The translations under genes and the position numbers were made by a program. From assembly GCA_013115145.1 (NCBI GenBank), contig JAAPAO010000220.1, forward strand, positions 1-51,473: a stretch of 51,473 nucleotides of DNA, written 5' to 3'. Shown here in pieces: positions 45,570-51,473 of the stretch. The DNA comes from Perkinsus chesapeaki ATCC PRA-425. Lineage: Eukaryota; Protista; Perkinsozoa. The stretch's first letter is position 1. Each line of letters begins with the position of its first letter. The notes beneath the pieces are model-generated. The model was given only the letters and a program-made list of their open reading frames with translations. It was not told the origin of the DNA and made no database searches.

Positions 45570-47600
45570 GTTAATCGTGCTCCACGGGTCGTGGACTCCC
45601 AGCGCTCGGTAAAAATCGGTTCCGAAATCGAGTAGATCTTTGAATGAAACAGTCCGAATTCCACGGTGAGATGATTGGTGAATTGCAGCAGATGCAGAGG
45701 TGGGCGACTGCAATATTACTCTTACTGTAGCATATGAATGCTGCTGCACCACGCATATGGTGACATCTCATCGCGGACACCTTCGAGAGTTCCCGACGCT
45801 CATCTAGTGATACCACACTGTCAGAAAGGATTAGTCGAAGAGAAATGATTATACTTTATCGAAGGTGAGGACTAAACAGTGCGATGACAAACCTTAGTAG
45901 GATGTCGAATAACATTGCGTATTGGAGGTCGACCCCATTTGATGGACATATGGGTTGACGAGGGGGGGATGTGGATAACCTATAACTGAATTAACTGGAT
46001 AACGGGATAAGTGAAACGGGTGAAAACATCTGCACCCACTCGTGGAAATACGCCGGTTGCTCTCTGGCTGAGGCCGCTCTCTTCTACTGAGCTTCTTGGT
46101 GGTTTTTCCACGAGATAGTCTGGTATTGCATTGCCATAACAATATGCTTCAAGTCGGTGCGGGTTGCCTTGCCTGCAAGCAAGACACGGCTGCACAGGAT
46201 GAGATGGTTTTCGGAGTTCTCAAAGTCGTTCAGTCAACGCAAACCTCGCCGGTTAGAGGTGGGAGAGTCGCATGGTCAGGCTACCCCGCCGCAAAACCGG
46301 CGTGTGCCTATAGCAGCCACGATCCTCTGGCAAGGTGCTTCTTTATATCAGCCACCAAACATTTCCTAGAGTCAGGTTGAAGACGTTAGAAGAATACCTT
46401 TACTGATTCCTCTATGCCGATCTCCAGCCGACCTCATACGTGAGCCTTCGAGTTCTTGCATGGATTTTTTATAACCCAGCTTCCCGTAAACTCTCAACGG
46501 AATTTCAGGAGTAAATTTCTTGTGCCTGGGGCTCACATTGGACATTGTGTCATGATCTTCTTTTAGGAATTGTCAGCATCTACAGAGAATCCTTAATTCA
46601 CACAGTTCAGGATCAGGCATGGGCCCTCCATTCAAGCAAGGCCGATTCTAGTTAAATAATTAACATTTATAGCCTCGCCGCGTGGAGAAGGCTTCTGTAC
46701 TCCTTTCCAGGTCCTTAAAGATGGTGTTATGCTGATCAGACATGATGATTAGGGCTTACAAGAGCTGATTTAATATTGCCATACTCAATGAACTCAGTGG
46801 ACTAGTGAACAGCAGAACAATGTGCTAAGGGATTCGAGATGGTTTGCAGGTCTGAAGGATTACTTGTGTCGGAGCGTAGCTGTGCAGGCGCAGCTAGCAA
46901 TGCTAGCTGTGGCGCCGTTTCTTCAAAACACCTTGAGCAAGGACTTCGCTTTCTGCTCGTTAAAGCAGTTCCATTACGTTCTAAATTATTTCTAATGGTC
47001 CTTCATCGATAGCCACAGGGCCCTAGGGCGATGCCCACTAGTAGGTGGAATGGGATCGATCATTCTGGTGATCCATAACGTCACCTGAGCCGTCGGCCGT
47101 AAAAGGAATCCCGATTCGTACTTTAATAGGAGAAATAGAAGACACGGCAGCCAGACCCGCAAATAGGCTTGAGCTAGGAACAGAGCTCGTCTACTCAATT
47201 CCAGCTTGATCGGCTTCAGTCGATGAGAATCATATAAGTTACTAGAGCGTTACGTGACGTACGTAGCGCTGTCGAGAAGGTAAGAAACCTACTGAGTATG
47301 GCAATCACACGAAGGGTGAGATTGTCACTCAGAATGGATCTTCCGCGGCGATGAAGGGAACCAATGTGCATGAAGAGGCGACAATGCAATCAGATTCACT
47401 AGACGGTTGTTGCGATCATCCTGTGTAAGAGTCGGTTCGGAGGGCATGGATTCCGGAGGCAATCTCAAACACGTGGGTCGAAGGTAGTTCCAGGGAAGGG
47501 TCTCAGCGGGTGCGGAATTCACATGCTGACTTGATGCAATTATCCTTATTGTATCTACTAAAGGGTGCTTCACTCTATTGCGGTAGACCCGTCCTGGCTC
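45570..47600 (-). CDS. Possible multi-exon hypothetical or degraded gene
   Basis: Coding-like minus-strand segments (LNDFENSENHLILCSRVLLAGKATRTDLKHIVMAMQYQTISWKNHQEAQ; 47325-47573 ORF); not assembled into a model. Confidence 0.25.
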
Positions 47601-47889
47601 TAGTTAATCTACGAGCCGAGCTGCGGTTATATGGAGTCTAATTCCATTTTGCTTTCCATAAGCTTTGATCGGCATAAGGACCGTAAGCTAGCGTACATGG
47701 GTCAGTCTTCATACGTAACACCACTCGGCGGCCTGCGGCATAAGGACTTGAGAGTTTCGAACTCAGTTACGTGGGTTCGAAGCGATCGTCATGCATGCCG
47801 GTAAAACATGAAATGTAAAACTTTCTACACAGTGGATGTTTTGGGGCTACGGGGACTTTATTAGCACCGTGCGTTGCCACAGGTCTCCG

Positions 47890-47938
47890 CAGTGGGTATG
47901 CGTCTTCCACGCATACCCACTGAGGCATCAGTGGGTAT
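47890..47938. repeat. Three-arm palindrome: 14-bp perfect inverted repeat overlapping an 11-bp perfect inverted repeat
   Basis: CAGTGGGTATGCGT(47890-47903) cttcc ACGCATACCCACTG(47909-47922); also ATACCCACTGA ggca TCAGTGGGTAT(47928-47938). Confidence 0.92.
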
Positions 47939-48166
47939 CATGCCCATTTGATGACACCTCAGCAGCAGCCTGCTTTGTCGTGCTTTATTAGTGATGTAGG
48001 CTCACGGCCTCGCTGCAGCCTGGGAAGTACATTCCACTAACTCTCTTCGGTAACATTTACAGCTTTTACTTGTCAATTAGCAATGGGTGGCTGCTCGTTA
48101 CTGTGCTGTTGGAAATGATGAAATGCTTCATTTTTGGTGATTCAGAAGAGTTTTCCTGCAGATGTC

Positions 48167-51100
48167 ATGCACGTCGCTTTCGCGGCAGTATTGTTAGGAA
48201 TAACCCAGTCGGCGTTGACGGGATCGACAAATCGCTGGGATGAGTCTCAGGATCTTCGCAGAGCTTCGAAGATGACTCGAGAAGAGTGGCAGAGAGCTGC
48301 GAAGCACGCAGTTGGTGGGGTGTCGGAACGGTGGCACCGAGATGACGATGTTGGCCCATATTCTGGGGCATCTTACGCATTTGACAAGGAAGCAAGTAAC
48401 TTCCACTTAGATGGATCGGCGACTCAGCGGAGTGGCCAGAAGGCTATACGGGAATCTGGATTGACGAATAGATGGGATGGTGAAACAAGGTCGAAGGCAT
48501 ATGCGAACCTTGGGGAGTGGAAAGCGCCCACTGATATAGTTCAGAGTGGGAGGGATGCCACTTTCACGGACTCCAAGCCTAACGCAGATTCGGGTGACAC
48601 CGGTATTTGGACTCATCGTTCCCCACTTCCTGGATCTGGTGGCTCCAATAGCTGGGACCGTGCTCACGAGGAGAGCCTAGGGTCGACATGGAGTACGGAA
48701 GAATGGCGGAGAGCACCGCATCAGGCAACTGGTGGGAGAGAGGAAAGTTGGGGCCGAGATACCACCGAACGACGTTCTGGAGTGTCTTCTACCTTCAACA
48801 AAGAGGGAGAAGGATCTCTATTAGCTGGAACGACAACCCAGTGGGGTGCTCAGAACGTTAAGAGAACTTCTGGATTGACTGCCACTTGGAACGCCAGAAC
48901 AACGGCAAGGGCTCTCGCAGCAATCGAGGAATGGGTTGCGCCGACTTACGTAACTCGGAGTGGAAGATCAGTCACGCTTACGGGAGCGAAGGCTAGTGCC
49001 GGTAACGGTCACATCGACGCCTGGACCCATCAGTCACCGCTGTCAGAGTCAGGGCAGTCCAGTCGCTGGAGCCGCGACCGGACAGGCCGTCAGTCTTCAG
49101 TTATGAGTAGAGAAGAGTGGTGGAGAGCAGCACGGCACGTGGCTGCCGGAGCCTCGGAACTGTGGGGACGAGGTGAAATCGATCGATATTCAGGAGCGTC
49201 TTCGACCTTCAACAAGGGAAGAAGAGAATCCGAGTTGGCTGGATCCATAAATGAGTGGAACACTAACAATGAGGGAAGAGCATCTGGGTTGACGGCCACG
49301 TGGAACGCTAAAACAACAGCAATGGCTCTTGCGACACTTGAGGAATGGACCGCACCAACTCGTGTATTCAACAGCGGGAAGAGTGTCGCTTTTACTGAGA
49401 CGAAGTTTTCCGATTCCGGTGACACCAACAGCTGGATCCGTCCATCGATTCTGCCTGAGTTGGGTCACTCTAGTCGTTGGGGAAGCCCACACAAAGAAAG
49501 CCTGTCTTCAGTAACAAATGCAGAAGAATGGTGGACAGCAACACGTCAAGCTACTTCTGGCAATGAGGAGCTTTGGGACCGAAATGGCGCCGACCGATAT
49601 TCTGGAGTGTCTTCTACCTTCAACAAAGAGGGAGAAGAATCTCTATTAGCTGGAACGACAACCCAGTGGGGTGCTCAGAACGTTAAGAGAGCTTCTGGAT
49701 TGACTGCCACTTGGAACGCCAGAACAACGGCAAGGGCTCTCGCAGCAATCGAGGAATGGGTTGCGCCGACTTACGTAACTCGGAGTGGAAGATCAGTCAC
49801 GCTTACGGGAGCCAAGGCTAGTGCCGGTAACGGTCACATCGACGCCTGGACCCATCAGTCACCGCTGTCAGAGTCGGGGCACTCCAGTCGCTGGAGCCGC
49901 GACCGGACAGGCCGTCAGTCTTCAGTTATGAGTAGAGAAGAGTGGTGGAGAGCAGCACGGCACGTGGCTGCCGGAGCCTCGGAACTGTGGGGACGAGGTG
50001 AAATCAATCGATATTCAGGAGCGTCTTCGACCTTCAACAAGGGAAGAAGAGAATCCAAGTTGGCTGGATCAATAAATGAGTGGAACACTAACAATGAGGG
50101 AAGAGCATCTGGGTTGACGGCCACGTGGAACGCTAAAACAACAGCAATGGCTCTTGCGACACTTGAGGAATGGACCGCACCAACTCGTGTATTCAACAGC
50201 GGGAAGAGTGTCGCTTTTACTGAGACGAAGTTTTTCGATTCCGGTGACACCAGCAGCTGGATCCGTCCATCGATTCTGCCTGAGTTGGGTCACTCTAGTC
50301 GTTGGGGAAGCCCACACAAAGAAAGCCTGTCTTCAGTAACAAATGCAGAAGAATGGTGGACAGCAACACGTCAAGCTACTTCTGGCAATGAGGAGCTTTG
50401 GGACCGAAATGGCGCCGACCGATATTTTGGAGTGTCTTCTACCTTCAACAAAGAGGGAGAAGAATCTCTATTAGCTGGAACGACAACCCAGTGGGGTGCT
50501 CAGAACGTTAAGAGAACTTCTGGATTGACTGCCACTTGGAACGCCAGAACAACGGCAAGGGCTCTCGCAGCAATCGAGGAATGGGTTGCGCCGACTTACG
50601 TAACTCGGAGTGGAAGATCAGTCACGCTTACGGGAGCCGAGGCTAGTGCCGGTAACGGTCACATCGACGCCTGGACTCATCAGTCACCGCTGTCAGAGTC
50701 GGGGCACTCCAGTCGCTGGAGCCGCGACCGGACAGGCCGTCTGTCTTCGGTAACAGGGAAAGAAGAATGGTGGGAGGCAGCGAGTCGCGCAAATAAAGGA
50801 AAATCGAATATGTGGGAGGGACATAATATCGACTTATACTCTGGAAGAGCTGCCGTCTATCATAAGGAAACGAGCAAAACACAGCTGACCGGATCGACAA
50901 ATCAGTGGGGCACACAAGATGTTAGGAGAGCGTCAGGAACGACAGCCACTTGGAACGCCAGAGCACCAGAAATGGCCTACGCAACTCTAGAAGAGTGGAC
51001 GGCGCCTGGTGGTGTAATTCAGAGTGGAAGCTCCACTGTTTTTGCGGATGCTGGTTACGACTTTTCCGGTTCGGCAGACGAATGGCAAGATGCGTATGCA

Positions 51101-51473
51101 TATGGATTAGCGGGCTCTCAGGTTTACAGTGGAAATATTATCACTCTAATAGCGGAAGATTCTGCGTCGATTGCATCCAACGAAATCCGCGATGTGTGGC
51201 AACGACCCACTGAAACCCGATATGCCGGACGATCGCTCACGTTCGATATTCCCAATCGACATGTATCCTCAACGACTACCCCGAAAATACCAGGAGACAA
51301 GGGAGGGAGGGGGCCTGAAGTCAATACTACGTCAACAACACTCGAGTTTACTACCAGCACCACCATAACACCAACAGTGACAACGACGACAATGACGATC
51401 TCTACATCCACTGAGGAGCCTGAAATACCAGAGGACCCGCAAATCGATACTACGTCAACAACAGTCGAGTTAA
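48167..51473 (+). CDS. Intronless, putatively secreted Trp-periodic repeat protein, at least 1102 aa, open at the window end (missing from the supplied ORF track)
   Basis: ATG 48167 after acceptor-like cctgcag; MHVAFAAVLLGITQSA signal-like peptide. No stop in hand translation of the unique parts, and the frame is in register at the window end. Seven ~138-aa modules, then a Thr/Pro/Glu-rich stalk (VNTTSTTLEFTTSTTITPTVTTTTMTISTSTEEPEIPEDP). Confidence 0.9.
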   Translation, partial: MHVAFAAVLLGITQSALTGSTNRWDESQDLRRASKMTREEWQRAAKHAVGGVSERWHRDDDVGPYSGASYAFDKEASNFHLDGSATQRSGQKAIRESGLTNRWDGETRSKAYANLGEWKAPTDIVQSGRDATFTDSKPNADSGDTGIWTHRSPLPGSGGSNSWDRAHEESLGSTWSTEEWRRAPHQATGGREESWGRDTTERRSGVSSTFNKEGEGSLLAGTTTQWGAQNVKRTSGLTATWNARTTARALAAIEEWVAPTYVTRSGRSVTLTGAKASAGNGHIDAWTHQSPLSESGQSSRWSRDRTGRQSSVMSREEWWRAARHVAAGASELWGRGEIDRYSGASSTFNKGRRESELAGSINEWNTNNEGRASGLTATWNAKTTAMALATLEEWTAPTRVFNSGKSVAFTETKFSDSGDTNSWIRPSILPELGHSSRWGSPHKESLSSVTNAEEWWTATRQATSGNEELWDRNGADRYSGVSSTFNKEGEESLLAGTTTQWGAQNVKRASGLTATWNARTTARALAAIEEWVAPTYVTRSGRSVTLTGAKASAGNGHIDAWTHQSPLSESGHSSRWSRDRTGRQSSVMSREEWWRAARHVAAGASELWGRGEINRYSGASSTFNKGRRESKLAGSINEWNTNNEGRASGLTATWNAKTTAMALATLEEWTAPTRVFNSGKSVAFTETKFFDSGDTSSWIRPSILPELGHSSRWGSPHKESLSSVTNAEEWWTATRQATSGNEELWDRNGADRYFGVSSTFNKEGEESLLAGTTTQWGAQNVKRTSGLTATWNARTTARALAAIEEWVAPTYVTRSGRSVTLTGAEASAGNGHIDAWTHQSPLSESGHSSRWSRDRTGRLSSVTGKEEWWEAASRANKGKSNMWEGHNIDLYSGRAAVYHKETSKTQLTGSTNQWGTQDVRRASGTTATWNARAPEMAYATLEEWTAPGGVIQSGSSTVFADAGYDFSGSADEWQDAYAYGLAGSQVYSGNIITLIAEDSASIASNEIRDVWQRPTETRYAGRSLTFDIPNRHVSSTTTPKIPGDKGGRGPEVNTTSTTLEFTTSTTITPTVTTTTMTISTSTEEPEIPEDPQIDTTSTTVEL
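48776..50839 (+). repeat. 825-bp higher-order coding repeat (A 414 bp + B 411 bp): A-B-A-B-A
   Basis: A units start at 48776, 49601, 50426; B units at 49190, 50015; more divergent units at 48362 and 50840. Same-type copies differ at only scattered positions. Confidence 0.95.

Noticed and set aside
47670-47747. 12-bp direct repeat CGGCATAAGGAC as a target-site duplication
   Set aside because: Within chance expectation for this window, and the enclosed 54 nt has no terminal repeats.
48776-50839. Ice-nucleation protein homology
   Set aside because: Ser/Thr/Gly-rich, but lacks the 16-aa AGYGSTxTA repeat; the period is ~15 aa and anchored on Trp.
48165-51411. Listed minus-strand and short plus-strand ORFs (49090-49428, 49915-50250, 49329-49514 and others)
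   Set aside because: Antisense or off-frame shadows of the long repeat ORF starting at 48167; they repeat with the same 825-bp period.

Overview
Eukaryotic, intron-dense DNA (most introns ~35-55 nt, GT-AG). Intron size, gene content and possible spliced-leader traces fit a Perkinsus-like alveolate; this is inference, not a database result. Core genes rebuilt by hand-splicing: sufC (last exon only), a highly divergent beta-like tubulin, RBX1, a DDX28-like DEAD-box helicase, YOS1/IER3IP1, a tandem CCCH zinc-finger protein, a signal-peptide SAM methyltransferase, a DUF1749 hydrolase, a zeta/delta-type tubulin, a large coiled-coil protein, GCVT and WDR75/UTP17. There are two intronless accessory blocks. 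(1) 6.4-16.1 kb: an array of five small secreted Cys-containing paralogues, one with a 20-aa tandem repeat and one a pseudogene. (2) 48167 to the window end: a stop-free ORF of at least 1102 codons that the supplied ORF track omits. It encodes a putative secreted protein of ~138-aa modules with an aromatic (mostly Trp) residue about every 15 aa and a Thr-rich stalk, preceded by a three-arm palindrome. Non-coding candidates: an RNase P/MRP-like RNA at 16.5-16.8 kb, three decayed tRNA-like elements (one forms an entire spliceosomal intron) and patches of TpA excess. All counts and splice models were made by hand; unnamed hypothetical genes are low confidence.
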